Assembly (NCBI RefSeq): GCF_018350175.1
Contig: NC_058368.1
Span: 130,946,001 to 131,010,000, forward strand
DNA from: Felis catus
Lineage: Eukaryota
Direction: 5' to 3'
Length of the DNA: 64,000 bases
The notes under the pieces were generated by a model, which had not been told where the DNA came from, did no database searches, and worked only from the letters and a program-made list of their open reading frames with translations. Position numbers and translations under genes: made by a program. Shown piece by piece: positions 52,000 to 64,000 of this stretch; positions within the stretch are counted from its first letter, which is position 1, and the number at the start of each line of letters is the position of its first letter.

Positions 52000-52750
52000 T
52001 TAACAATCACACGGGAAAACAAGTCACAATGAGTTGAGTCAATGTAAAAAATAAATATAAAAAACAAATCATAGAATTTGACTCCTAAGAATGTCAGGTG
52101 AGAGAATTATAGTGTCATAAAATCTACATTTAAAATGAATATATGGAAGAGGGATCAGAAGCATAAGAACACAAAAACAGGCAGATTCAAGGGGAAAATG
52201 CTCAAAGAAGTTAAGAATTCAGTGGATTAGTTGAACAGCACATCAGATAAAACCAGGGAGATAATAAACTGAAGAAGTCACCTCCAAGGGGAAGCAAAAA
52301 GATACACAGTTTAAAAATATGATACACGAGTGAAAACATGTGGAGAATAAAGTGACATGTTCCATGAAATCTCTGAAAAGCATTCCAGAAGCAGCAAATA
52401 AAGATAATTCGAGGGAGAGGGAAAGTCAGTATTTCAAAAGATAATAGCTTAGGGGCGCCTGGGTGGCTCAGTCGGTTAAGCGTCTGACTTCAGCTCAGGT
52501 CATGATCTCGCGGTCCCTGAGTTTGAGCCCCGCATTGGGCTCTGTGCTGACAGCTCAGAGCCTGGAGCCTGTTGCGGATTCTGTGTCTCCCTCTCTCTCT
52601 GACCCTTCCCCGTTCATGTTCTGTCTCTCTCTGTCTCAAAAATAAATAAATGTTAAAAATTAAAAAAAAAAAAGATAATAGCTTAGAATTCTTCAGAGAT
52701 TACTGTAGAAGGCAATCCTCAGATTTAGGAAGCCCGGTAAATCCTAAATA
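52000..52750 (+). mobile_element. Ancient L1/HAL1 ORF1-like fragment, interrupted by a SINE
   Basis: A-rich, with agaattcagtggattagttgaacagcacatcaga, cagtatttcaaaagataatagct|gaattcttcaga, aatcctcagatttaggaagc. Confidence 0.6.
52452..52669 (+). mobile_element. Can-SINE (SINEC_Fc-type)
   Basis: Perfect TSD aaaagataatagctta at 52436-52451 and 52670-52685. Confidence 0.98.
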
Positions 52751-52789
52751 TAATTTCTCATTGGGTGCAATCCTTCAAAACAGCCCTGG

Positions 52790-53640
52790 ATATAGTCACC
52801 AGTAACTTTTAATACTGTCACATGGTGAAATCTTAATGGTAGGTATTAGTTCTAATCTTTCTGGACCTAGATGCCATATTTACTTCATTGACACTCTCTT
52901 ATCCTTGATATGTTTTGTGTACATTTGATTTTTTTTTCTATGTTACGGATCACTTCTTTTAGTCTCCTTGTCTGGTTCTTCTCACGTGTTGCAACTTCTT
53001 AATGTTAAAATGTCCTTGGTCCCCCGCCCTTTTCTAACTATGCTGTATCAGTTGGTGATCTCATTCAACCTCATAGCTTTAAGTACCCTGTACATGACAG
53101 CAATTTCCAAATTGATATCTGTAGTCCAGACCAGTTTTCCATAAAGTCAGACTCATATATAAAAGGAACTACCCACTGGAGTGCCTGGCTAGCTCATTCG
53201 GTAAAGCATGCATGCATCTCTTGATCTCAAGTTCATGAGTTCAAGCCCCACTTTTGGCCTAGAGTTTACTTTAAAAAATAAAATAAAATCAGAATGGAAA
53301 CTGTAAAAAATAATAAAAATAAAATTTAAAAAATAGAAAGACCTACCCATTATCTCCAATTGTCTGCCTTCTAATATCTGAAATACATGTTCTAAAGTGA
53401 ATTTGTTATCTCCTATCCACGGCTAAATCTTCCATCTATAACCCTTCATATCTCAGTTAATGACAACCCTATCCTCACAAGTTGCTCATATGAGAAACCT
53501 TGATATCATCCTTAACATCTCTCCATGGCTCAGTAAATCTCACTAGCTCTACCTTCAAAATACATCCAGAATCCTATACTTATCACTACCATAGCTACGT
53601 GTCTGTTCTGACCCCCAAATCCCTTGTCTAAACAACTACA
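52790..53640 (+). mobile_element. L2 ORF2-derived fragment
   Basis: ggtgatctcattcaacctcatagctttaagtacc...ttccaaattgatatctgtagtccagacc; ctagctctaccttcaaaatacatccagaatcc. Confidence 0.8.
53178..53335 (+). mobile_element. Short tRNA-derived SINE (head plus A-tail, no (CT)n body)
   Basis: A-box-like tagctcattcggta and B-box gagttcaagcc, then tagagtttact and an A-rich tail; degenerate TSD ...ctaccca on both sides. Confidence 0.8.
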
Positions 53641-53726
53641 AGATACTTGATGAAATGCATCATTAGCCTCAATTCTTCACTCCCTTGGTGATCCCTTTTT
53701 CCACCATGTAACTTTGCAGATACAAG

Positions 53727-53940
53727 ATGGATGGATGGATGGATGGATAGATAGAAGGAAGGAAGGAAAGAAGGACGGAAAGAAAGAGAGAAGGAAGAAA
53801 CAAGGAAAGAAAAAGGGAGGAAGGATGGAAGGAAGGAAGGAAGGAAGGAAGGAAGGAAGGAAGGAAGGAAGGAAGGAAGGAAGGAAGGAAGGAAAGAAGA
53901 AAGGAAGGGATAGGAAGGGAAAGGAAGGAAAGGAAGGAAG
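53727..53940. repeat. (GGAT)n/(GGAA)n compound microsatellite including perfect (GGAA)17 at 53827-53894
   Basis: Directly visible. Confidence 0.99.
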
Positions 53941-53944
53941 CATT

Positions 53945-54320
53945 GATTTACTTCCCTACTTCTTCAAGTTGGGCATGGTCATATGACTTGCTTTAGCTAC
54001 TGAAATTTCAGAAGAAATGACAGAAGAAAGGACTCACATGGTACTTGTATAATAGAGTGACTTTTGTGCCTTTGATCCAAGGGAATATATCTACCTAGGT
54101 TGCTGGTCCCGAGGGGAAGATGACAAACATTTGGAACTCAGAGAGCACAGCAGAGTCCATCTTGAATGCTGCAGATCCCTTGGCCAAATTGCAGATGAGT
54201 CATGAGTACATGAGCAATCAGAGGTATACAGCCAACCCACAGACATAGGAGATACAAATGTTCACTACTGAATGCTATGGAAACTTCCTAATTTTACTGC
54301 TACCATACAAAGAGTAGTTG
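53945..54320 (+). mobile_element. Old MaLR LTR (MLT1H/I-like)
   Basis: aagttgggcatggtcatatgacttgctttagc...gaaatgaca; ccaacccacagacat. Confidence 0.6.
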
Positions 54321-54839
54321 GATTTTAGCCTCCTAACAGGTGCCCCACCTTCTTCCCTTGACTCCTGAAGTAGTTATTCTATTTTTTTTCTAGTTTTGTG
54401 TTACTTTTATTTCCCAGAACACATTGGCAATGTTGAAAACAAAAATACAAATACAAGCATGTACTTATTTTTACATTTTATCCATATGTCACCCCATATT
54501 TTTGGATAGCTTTGACAACAGAAACAAACCTCAGCAACAGATACAGTAGAAGTCAGATAGCTGGTTTTGCTCCTCAACCCCAACATTTAAGAGCTGTCAA
54601 TAAAGGAACACTTAAAAATCAGGTGAGGGTCAAAGTTGAGGTACATGTGCTTCACATATGTAAAGGTACATATGTGTCTTTACATATACAAATCTGTAAA
54701 TTGTCTGTTGCAAAACTATAAACAAAACCATTTTACACAGTCTGTTGACGTCTGAGTTTTCCTTTTAGAAACTTTTCAAAGATTCAGCAAAAAGTCTCAG
54801 TTTTTAAAAATCAACTTTAAATTTATATATTAATAATCA

Positions 54840-55071
54840 GGAGCTCCTGGGTAGCTCAGTCGGTTAAGCATCCGGCTTTGGCTTAGGTCATGATCTCACA
54901 GTTCCTGGGTTCAAGCCCCGCATCAGGCTCTGTGCTGACAGCTCAGAGCCTGGAGCCTGCCTCGGATTCTGTGTCTCCCTCTCTCTCTACCCCTGCCCCA
55001 CTAATGCTCTGTCTCTCTCTCCTTCAAAAGTAAACATTAAAAAAATAAAAATGAAAAAAAATAAAAAAATA
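54840..55071 (+). mobile_element. Can-SINE
   Basis: TSD tatat(a/g)ttaataatca at 54824-54839 and 55072-55087. Confidence 0.96.
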
Positions 55072-55921
55072 TATATGTTAATAATCAAGTGAATTTTAAA
55101 AGACTGACTTCCAACTATATTCAAAAACAAATGATCTTTCAATTTAGTAAAATGTCTTCACTTGGCTAATGAAAATTAAAATGTCTGTCTATCTACTTGG
55201 AAACTAATACCAGACACCTAACATGCATAAAAGCCTAAGGGTAATATTAATAATCAGCAAATTATAAGGATGTTAAAAAATAGGAGGGGAACATCATATG
55301 TTATAATTAAGAATTTATGAAACTCTATCAAGAGGCAAGATACTGCTTCCCTTTTTTGGTGTTTAATCTTTTTTCTAAATAACCTTGTACTTTTTATGTG
55401 CAACATGCCAACACAAATATCAGAGACTTAACCCCAGAGTTGCTCAACTGAGTCAGAGTTAAACCAGGGGACATTTAAGCCAAAACTGTAATGTTGAAGG
55501 CCATAAACAAAATCCAAGAAAAGTGTTCAGTAACTTTTAAGTGCTATCACATACTTTTGCCCTAACTGGCAAAACCCACTACTTGTGATATTTAGCTATT
55601 TGTTTGATTGTTTGTTTGTTTGTTTGTTTCTTTTTCTTGTCTTTTCATATTTGTCTCCTTTGGGCAACATTAACCACACAAAGACTGTGACCCCCAGTAT
55701 CTCCTCCATCGTCTCTGACCATGGTTACAAGATCCCTGTTTCTGTTTACCAGAGGCCAATTTTTCTGACCAAGAACATCTGCCTTCCAGGATTTCACTGG
55801 TTATTTATGAGAGGGCCTGATAGAGAAGCACATTCTGGAGAAGTTATCCAGATAAAACAGTCATATCCCAAGAAGAACCCCAGTCTGAACTATTCTTGAA
55901 GAGATCAAAAGTAAACGCAGA

Positions 55922-56343
55922 GGGGTACCTGGGTGGCTCAGTCAGTTAAGGGACCAACTTCAGCTCAGGTCTTGATCTCATGGTTTGTGGGTTCAAGCCA
56001 TATGTAGGGCTCTCTGCTGGCAGCTCAGAACCTGGAGCCTGCTTCAGATTGTCTCCCCCTCTCTCTGACCCTCCCCTGCCCATGTTCTGTCTCTGTCCCT
56101 CAAAAATGAATAAATGTAGGGGCCCCTGGGTGGCTCAGTCGGTTGAGCGGCCGACTTCCGCTCAGGTCATGATCTCACAGTCCGTGAGCTCCAGCCCCGC
56201 GTCGGGCTCTGTGCTGACAGCTCAGAGCCTGGAGCCTGTTTCGGATTCTGTGTCTCCCTCTCTCTGACCCTCCCCTGTTCACGCTCTGTCTCTCCCTATC
56301 TCAAAAATAAATAAAACGTTTAAAAAATAGAATAAATGTAAAA

Positions 56344-56381
<38 letters not shown>
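55922..56381 (+). mobile_element. Two Can-SINEs; the second (56119-56329) is inserted in the tail of the first; (AAAT)10 tail
   Basis: Inner TSD gaataaatgta at 56108-56118 and 56330-56340; outer TSD aaacgcaga / aaatgtaga. Confidence 0.95.
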
Positions 56382-56382
<1 letters not shown>

Positions 56383-56492
56383 AATGTAGACATGGAAGGT
56401 TGAGGAATCTGAATTTATACTTGCTAAGGAAGGCCACTGCCTCCAGTATTGCCTCGCTTTCACTTACCATTTCAGTTAATTCTCAGCCACTT

Positions 56493-56650
56493 CTGTTAGA
56501 CTCACCTGGAGTGCTTTGCCTTAAAATACAGACTCTTAAGATCCACCACAGACCTCCTGAACCAAAAATGTCTGGGCGGACATTATGAATAAGTATTCAG
56601 AAAAAAGTAAATAAAAAAAATAAAAAGCTTACCAGGTGACTGATGCTCCT
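56493..56650. mobile_element. MER5A-like fragment
   Basis: ttagactcacctggagtgctt...aaaatacagact...cagacctcctgaacc...aaagcttaccaggtga. Confidence 0.6.
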
Positions 56651-57307
56651 AACAACCTCTCACTTCAAAGTTGCTGCCATAAGGAAAACAAGAATACTAT
56701 TTAACAAGGAGACCCAGAGAAGACAGCCAGGGGAAAAGATGTGTATCTGAACCAAAGTGAACCCTAAAGAATTGTCCTAACTTGCAAACTCATCACAAAT
56801 AAGAGCCGATGCTCTTTGCTATGGTGGGCAAAAGGAAAATGAAGAGTTTGACCAGAAATCCTCCAGCTGTGGCTTATCCCCGGGTAAACGCCTCCAGAAT
56901 TACATTTATGCTTTTGTTCATGTTCCAGTGAAAATATAATGTATTTTATATGGCTTGCTATTTTCTACAGTCTTGGCTGGCTTGTTCAGGCTAACATTTT
57001 TTTAATTGAATAATTCAAGCATCTGACATAAAATTATAAACTTACATTGGCAACCAGAAAAAGCAGACATTGCATAAAATGCTTAAACATAAAAGCAGCG
57101 AAGCAATTGTTCCAGTGCATGGCTTCATTCCCCACCTCCAACGCCAAGCAGCTGAGCTTATATTTACTGATTTTTTTCTTTATTTCTCTTGTTAGCACAT
57201 CAATAAGCACTAAGTAATTTATCCAGACACTACTGTATATCTTTGAAATCAAATTTATTTGGCCTTTGTGTGCTAATCTCAAATTTCACCTTTAAAATGA
57301 GCAATGA

Positions 57308-57529
57308 GGGGCACCTGGGTGGCGCAGTCAGTTAAGCGTCCGACTTCAGCCAGGTCACGATCTCGCGGTCCGTGAGTTCGAGCCCCGCGTCGGGCTCTGG
57401 GCTGATGGCTCGGAGCCTGGAGCCTGTTTCCGATTCTGTGTCTCCCTCTCTCTCTGCCCCTCCCCCGTTCATGCTCTGTCTCTCTCTGTCCCAAAAAATA
57501 AATAAACGTTGAAAAAAAATTTTTTTTTT
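57308..57529 (+). mobile_element. Young SINEC_Fc-type SINE
   Basis: CpG-rich near-consensus body; perfect TSD aatgagcaatga at 57296-57307 and 57530-57541. Confidence 0.98.
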
Positions 57530-59548
57530 AATGAGCAATGAGAGTTACTAACAGCTCCTTAACTCTGCCTAGTGGGCCAGGCAGAGCTTGGGGCTGATGG
57601 TTCGCTTGGCTTATCACCCTCACTCAGCAACTCATCTGAATGCCTATGACGGAGCCTGGGAGTGTGGGAATATAATAATGTGGTTATTCAAGCATGGACC
57701 CACTCCAGTTAAGCCAGACTTCTGAAAGATAGTCCCTACAAAAAGGCCTCACTAAAAAGAGAATGGAATCCCACCTCATCACATGCCCAACAGATACATG
57801 TAGAAACATATAGGCACCCATTTTATATCCCACGCTTGAGACTGGATTCTAACATTTTATCTCCAAAACATATAAGTAAAAGATTAATACAAACATGCAG
57901 GTTGAAAATGTATTAAAATGTATTAAAGTATTTATTAGTTAATTCTAAATATTCAGTTTTGAAGTGGCCTAGTCATGGGTCTGGAAGGATCAAGGGCAGA
58001 TTAATCTTGGCAAAAGAAGAGAAAAAAATTATCGTCACCATGTGTATGACAAGACAATTCGCATTTCCTCATTTGCAAAATGGTGGACAGGATGACACTT
58101 TACTAACCGATAAAAGGAAATGATCAAAGTCAGAGCGGCTTGGAAAGAAACCCCAACTAATTATTTTGCCATTTTTTAAACAAGACTATATTTCTAGAGA
58201 TTACTAAATTGGAATTGTAAATATTTAAGATAAAATTATGTAGAGATTATGATAAGACATGGGAGCAGATGTAGATGGTTATATTTTGATGGTTTATTCA
58301 TCTGTATCATATTCCAGAGTCTGTATGTGTGTATGCCTGTGCAATGATACATCAAAATATAGGTGTAAATATGAAATCTTCCACATATATAATAGAGAAA
58401 AAATTTATAACAATATACACATAATGAATACACATATACATATTTCATGGACTTGAAAGAAAATCAACTAATAACGAGAAATGCTAGGCCTCATCTGTAA
58501 GAGCATATTAGTGAGACTAGAGAGTAACAACATTCATTGATACTTAATAAATCCAAACAAGGTCAAGGCAACATTATTGAAGATAGTGAGACAGAAGTAG
58601 GGATAAGGGGGAAAACAAAGGGAAATGACTAAAAAAAGGATAGAATGACTTTAAATGAGGATATCCTTCACTGTTATAACTAAAACTTTAGTTTGTAAAC
58701 TAGTACTTTAGTGTGTTTCTTAAATTTTTAAAGAAATATCCATTTGATTCTTTTTAATATATGGAGTGGAGAATTGGGCAAAAGAAGAAATAGGAGGAAA
58801 AAGAGGATGAGAAAAGGGAGGAAGAAAAAACATCAATCCTTTTTATTAAATGTATCTTCTCCAAAAACAAAGGGATCTACACAACCCCTGTTTAAAGACT
58901 CTGAAACGATGTACTGCATCAGAACTTGAACCATCTCTTCCCACTCAGTAGAGACTCTAAATACTCTAAGCCTTATTGCCTTCAAGATACACTGTTCCCC
59001 TCTTTAGGTAGAGACCATGCTTGAACATTGTATTTCTGGCATGTAGCACAATACCTGACACATAGTGGGGACCCACTCATTTATTAATTCAACCAATCTA
59101 TATTCAGCATCTACTACATGGTAGGCATGTTTTAGGATCTCAGATGTTGAAGAAGTGTCCAACTATGCTTGAGTGGCAGCTTCAACACTGACTACTGTCC
59201 CAAGAGTATTTAATGGTACCTCCTGATACTCTGTACAGATGAACCACTTGGAGACCAGACCGCCTGCAGGCTGGACGTAAACTGTTCTTGATAATTACTC
59301 TGTGTTCATGAAATCCTGTTGTCATGGCTATTGTGTAGCCATCTGCTGTTCTTCCCATCCCCCACCCACCCTGGAGATTAAGAGCTGGTTCGTGTATCCA
59401 GGTAATCATATTAAAGACTGAAGTGAATCACAATGTAAAAGGTGGGGAATATTTTCACTCTGCTTCTCTGTATTTTTAACATAGCTCTTTAAAAATCATT
59501 GACTTATTTTTTTGTCCTCTATGGGCTGAAGTCCAGCTTAGTGCATAA

Positions 59549-60193
59549 ATCATTGGCCAGTTTTCAATGTATTGCCTCTTGGCTCCAACTCTACCCTTCA
59601 TTACTGTCTTTTGATACTGGAATAGCTCTGCCTTGCCAGCTGGCACCATGTTAATCTTTGTCAGTAGTGGGCATGGAGGGATACTGGAGTAAAGGGCTTC
59701 TCTTCCTGTTCCTAGGGTGTTTTGCTTCTTATTGCCCCTGCACTGTTGAGGTGGGGTGCAGAGCACACAATACAGCTTACCCCCTTGGAGTTCAGTGGCA
59801 CCCCCACGGTTACTTTCTAGGAAAGTTCCACAGGAACCCCAGATGGCCTCACAGCAGCACTTAGCAAGCCAAGGCCCATGGACCTTGGATCCATTCTAGT
59901 CCTAACAACAAGAGAGGCAAGGAAACTCACTATCCTGTAAGCCACAAACAAATCCTCTCCAACAGTATGCATCCCAGCCTTGGAGAAAATCCCTCTTTTC
60001 ACTCCCTCAGACCCACAGTATTCTGTAGAATCTTTTTATTCCCTCTTAGTTATAAGTAGATAGATGATATATGATAGATAGATAGATAGATAGATAGATG
60101 ATAGATGAGAATGTTAATAATTTTCTACATTAAAATTTCTCTGTTCAAAGCATTATGTAGTTTCTGTCTCCTGATGGTATCCTGACTGATGCA
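59549..60193 (+). mobile_element. MER74-like ERV-L LTR containing a (GATA)n tract
   Basis: attggccagttttcaatgtattgcctcttggctccaactctacccttc start; attaaaatttctctgttcaaa...tttctgtctcctga...cctgactgatgca end. Confidence 0.75.
60057..60107. repeat. (GATA)n imperfect microsatellite
   Basis: Directly visible. Confidence 0.95.
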
Positions 60194-62103
60194 GTGTTAT
60201 AAGCATAGCAGTAAAAGCAGACTAACTTAGTTTCTTCAGGTAAAAACTCATCAAAGTACCTCCATCAGAAGTGGAAATCCATTAGAAATATAGAAAGTAT
60301 GCCATCATCGTTCTTTGAAAGAAAGATGACCTTATTTATCCATAATTTAAAATTTTAAAGTAATAGAAATACTTTTCAAGGTGACAGTTATTTGTTTCCA
60401 CCTAAAATGTCAGTATATCATTCACAAACATGCTTGTTTAGATGAAAGCATTTTCCTGAGTCACCTTTTGGTAAGAAAGCTCCTAGAAAGCACATACTAT
60501 ACATTATGTATTTTTTATGCACCGTGCACATCTTATGTATGTTTCTCCTCTTACATAGTACCTAAATGCATTGATAAATATTTATTTTGTTAAATATGCA
60601 TATTACATAGCCACAAAAACAGCCACTCTACCACTTAAAGGGCTATTGCCTCATTATTGAAGAACTTCAAAATGATGTGTTTATTACACTAAACCAAAGG
60701 GAACCCCAAGAGCACCTTAGAGTTAGCTTGGGATATCTAAATGTAAGCAAAACCACACAAGAGAATATTTTTGTATGATTTATTTTAATCTGCTGAAACC
60801 TATATTAATATTATGGGTTTTTACCATCTGAATCTCCTATAAGTAAATGAGATTGATAGAGAAGGCTCGTGAATCACTTAATTACCAGAGAAAAAATACC
60901 TTAACAGTGTCAGTCTGAATGCAACAGCCACTAATAATGTTACAAAGCAGTGAAGTTTAGCACAGGATCCCATAATATCTTCAGATTTCTGTTTATTCCT
61001 TAAAAAAAAAATAGTACCAGCTTCACAGAAGATGGAACAGACAGTAACTCTGCCCTCCAGGAGACAGGAAAATGAGGACAGTCTTCATATCATTTGATGT
61101 CTATCTTAAAGATATGTATAGACGTGTAGATGAGAAAAATAAAGAACCTTTGGAAAAATAACTCTGACAAATGTGATAGGAAGGGACTGACAGATAAATG
61201 AGCAGCCATTTATGAGTTCCGAAGTGAGGTTCTCTACTCCAAATGTGTAACATATTCAACTGTCACGAAAGCAGAGAAAATAACCTACTAGGGCCATGTG
61301 GGATTGGGGAAGGTAAGCCAAGAGTAGTAGAAGCTTGAGGAAGTAATGGATTCTGGGACATAGATGAGAGTAACATAAAAATTACAAAGACAGGATCCTG
61401 CCTGTGGAAAAAGAGAGATAATACCCAGAGAGGATTTCTTGATCAGAAGAATGTGGATTGATACAGAGGGATAAAAGAAAGAAAAGAACAGGTTCATATA
61501 GCAAGAGTTAGATGGAGTTAAGGAGGATGTCCACAGGGAGAGAGGATCTTAAGAGTCAAAAGTCTTATTAATCAAGCAGTGCAGAGTCATAACAAGGACC
61601 AAGATGTCATCACTTCATGATTCCATTGCTTCAGGGGAATGGGGTAGGAAGGTTGTAGGGAACTGACCAACCAGTCAGACCAGACCAATCAGTTCTATTT
61701 ACCTGATTGATCCAGTACCTGACCTAAACCCATGGGTGAGAGAAAGAAGAGGTGACTGCATTTAGGATTAGGCCAGAATAGCATAAATGTGATTTAGAAT
61801 ATTGAATGGAAGCTCGAGGAAAAAAAATTTCCAAAGAAGAATTAAAATAAGAATTATCTCCCTCTCTTTGGAAACTCTCTTTGGTACTTTAAATGCCGGA
61901 CCTCTAGAACAAAGATCATGAAGCAAAAGCACATGTGGTCCTGTGGTACAGGTTAATTTGATACTCAATTTACTAAAGTTACCTCTAGCTGTTTTACAGA
62001 TAAATATATTTCTCTCCCCAACCAAATCAGACGCTCCCCAAAGACAGGGGCCATATTTTCCCCTTCCTCCTACCCATGGCACTTACTCAGTATAACAGGA
62101 TGT

Positions 62104-62350
62104 GAGGCATAATGACGCAGTGAAAACAAAATGGGCTCAGAATGCCGAGAGAGTTTTTAATTCAAACCCATGCACCTTTACTTACTAGACATGTGACTCT
62201 GAAACAGTGACTACTTCTCTAGAAATGTCAATTCCTTCATCCAATTTAATGCTGATAATAGTAATTCCGCAAGGGGTCCTGTGAGCATTTAATGAAATAA
62301 GCACCTAACACAGTTCCAGGCACAGTAAATACCTCAAACTTGCTCTTAAC
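62104..62350 (+). mobile_element. MIR (near full length)
   Basis: ttcaaaccc...cttactagacatgtgact...gataatagta...tgtgagcatttaatgaaataa...ccaggcacagtaaatacctcaa. Confidence 0.8.
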
Positions 62351-63160
62351 TACTGCTGCCAGTATACATTGATGGGGCTTAATAAAGATTTGGGTTTTTT
62401 TGTGTGTTTTTTTTGAGTAAAATAGTTCGTTCGATATAAGCACCAGCTTTTGAATGTGGCAACATGGAAATCTTAGAAGAGCCAGATTCCCTGGTAAGGA
62501 TCTTTTTGCCTCAGAACCCCAGAATGTTTCCAAGTGGAGTAGTGGAAATGAATTCTCTTATGGCCAGTTTGGTCGCAGAGCAAGGCAGGGCAAACCTTCC
62601 AAGTCACAAGACCTGGAGATTCCTGCAGAGTGGCTCTCTGTCTCACTATGGGGTAACTTGGCAATTTCAGGAACAGGCTGTGAGCCAGCACTGCCATTTG
62701 AAGCAGATAAAGCCAGTGAGCTGCTGTCTACAGCAAGGGGCTCGTCTTCTTTCCTCACTCCAGGGCTCACTCTCCTGTCCAGCTTGTCTCTCCATGTTTT
62801 CCAACCATCACTTAGCCCTCCTTCCTTCCATTCTGAAATTAGGAACATTTTTCCTCAGAGAAGACAGAACCGTATTTTGTAGCTCAGGGGGCCATATTCG
62901 ACTGAAACTCTATCAGGGCTGACTCTATCCCACCCTTCTCAACATTTTATCTAAAACCAAATCCTTTTTTTATTGGAGTTAGAAATTACGCACTCTTGTT
63001 GCAAATGAGGAAATAAACATCTGAGTCAACAGAAGATGGGATTGGCCCTACTGGGCAGGTTTTCCCTTAGACACAATCATCTTTCAATTTCTTAACATTC
63101 TTTACTTGTAATTCTCCTTGGTAATGACAAATGTACCTTGCTTTTATGCAACAAATGTGT

Positions 63161-63191
<31 letters not shown>

Positions 63192-63192
63192 C

Positions 63193-63395
63193 AAGGCACC
63201 TAGCTGGCTCAGTCAGTTAAGCACCCAACTCTGTATTTCAGATTAGGTCATGATTTCACAGTGTGTGCGCTGGAGCCCCACATCGGGCTCTGCCCTTATG
63301 GCACAGAACCTGCTTGGAATTCTCTGCCTCCCTCTCTCTCTGCCCCTTCCCGTCTCTCAAAAGAAATAAACATTTTAAAAAAATAAAATAAAATA
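63193..63395 (+). mobile_element. Older Can-SINE preceded by A27
   Basis: ggcacctagctggctcagtcagttaagc head, (CT)n and A-tail; poly(A) at 63165-63191. Confidence 0.93.
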
Positions 63396-64000
63396 ATTAT
63401 AGCTGAGTCATTTCATATTAACAAATAAATTATAATTCAATATTTCAAAAGGACTTCTACTTCTTAAAGAGATAGTTTTAGAATAATAATTCCTTTTATA
63501 GAATGAAAAAATAACAAAAATAATAACCCCAGATCTGTCATTTGTATAAATCTCATAGTTTGGAAGGTCTTAAGGCAAACTGTTCCTATCAGTATTGCCA
63601 ATTAGTAAAATAGTTTTAAATATTCAGGTACAACATAGGTGTGAAGTATTCTCTCTTAAATAATCTATTACATATATATGAATTGAAATATGTGGGAAGG
63701 CAAAAATAACAAAAAAAAACTTTTTTAACTTTTAACTTATAAAAGCAAGGTAGACATGTGTAGTGTGCCAATAGGCTTATTCATTGTGAATAGTCGTAGA
63801 GGGAATAGATACCTGGGACTCGTGTATAATGCATGATTAAAACAACAGAAGGGACACATAGTGGCCCAAGACATTCAGGGAAGAATTTGAGATGTTCTTA
63901 GACAAGACAGTCTGGTCTAGAAGACTTATAAACATCATGAATATTACCAGGGGATAAAAATGAACGCACTCATTAGGCCAGTATCAAGTTGGCTTGTATA

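Noticed and set aside
53178..53270. Functional tRNA gene
   Set aside because: Degenerate cloverleaf, an internal insertion, an A-tail and a TSD indicate a retroposed copy.
53677..53986. PSFL-repeat and EGRK-repeat ORFs
   Set aside because: Artefacts of the (GGAA)n tract.
6079..57538. Recurrent ORFs of the type MAQSVKRPTSAQVMISR...SLSQK and GQRETEHERGRGRERGRHRIGNRLQA
   Set aside because: These are translations of Can-SINE copies, not a gene family.
58230..58830. Possible ancient L1 3' UTR fragment
   Set aside because: AT-rich with only vague resemblance; family and boundaries cannot be supported by eye.
62454..62922. Longest ORFs in the window (142-152 aa, overlapping on both strands)
   Set aside because: No recognisable domain and no convincing splice or Kozak context; overlapping open frames are explained by locally higher GC.

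Overview
Mammalian (felid, cat-like) AT-rich genomic DNA with no supportable protein-coding exon, functional RNA gene or prokaryote-type system; it reads as intergenic or deep intronic sequence. The felid call rests on about 27 tRNA-derived carnivore SINEs (Can-SINE/SINEC_Fc type, most with target-site duplications [TSDs] readable by eye) and a carnivore-type L1 3' fragment. Older eutherian repeats (MIR, L2, L3/CR1, L1M, MER3/MER5A, MaLR MLT1, ERVL MLT2/LTR33/MER74) and microsatellites fill much of the rest. Highlights: (i) a deleted two-LTR ERV-L provirus at 45020-48882 with decayed RNase H, integrase and dUTPase, interrupted by a MaLR LTR with a perfect 5-bp TSD and by a SINE; (ii) a CpG-retaining, apparently young 543-bp solo LTR at 20782-21324 with intact promoter and polyA signals; (iii) a three-SINE nest at 23382-24051; (iv) a switch in SINE orientation near 16-22 kb; (v) several repeat-poor blocks with transcription-factor-like motifs that are candidate enhancers. 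I found no evidence for a new biological system. Repeat subfamily names come from recalled consensus sequences and need RepeatMasker/Dfam confirmation; boundaries of ancient repeats are approximate.
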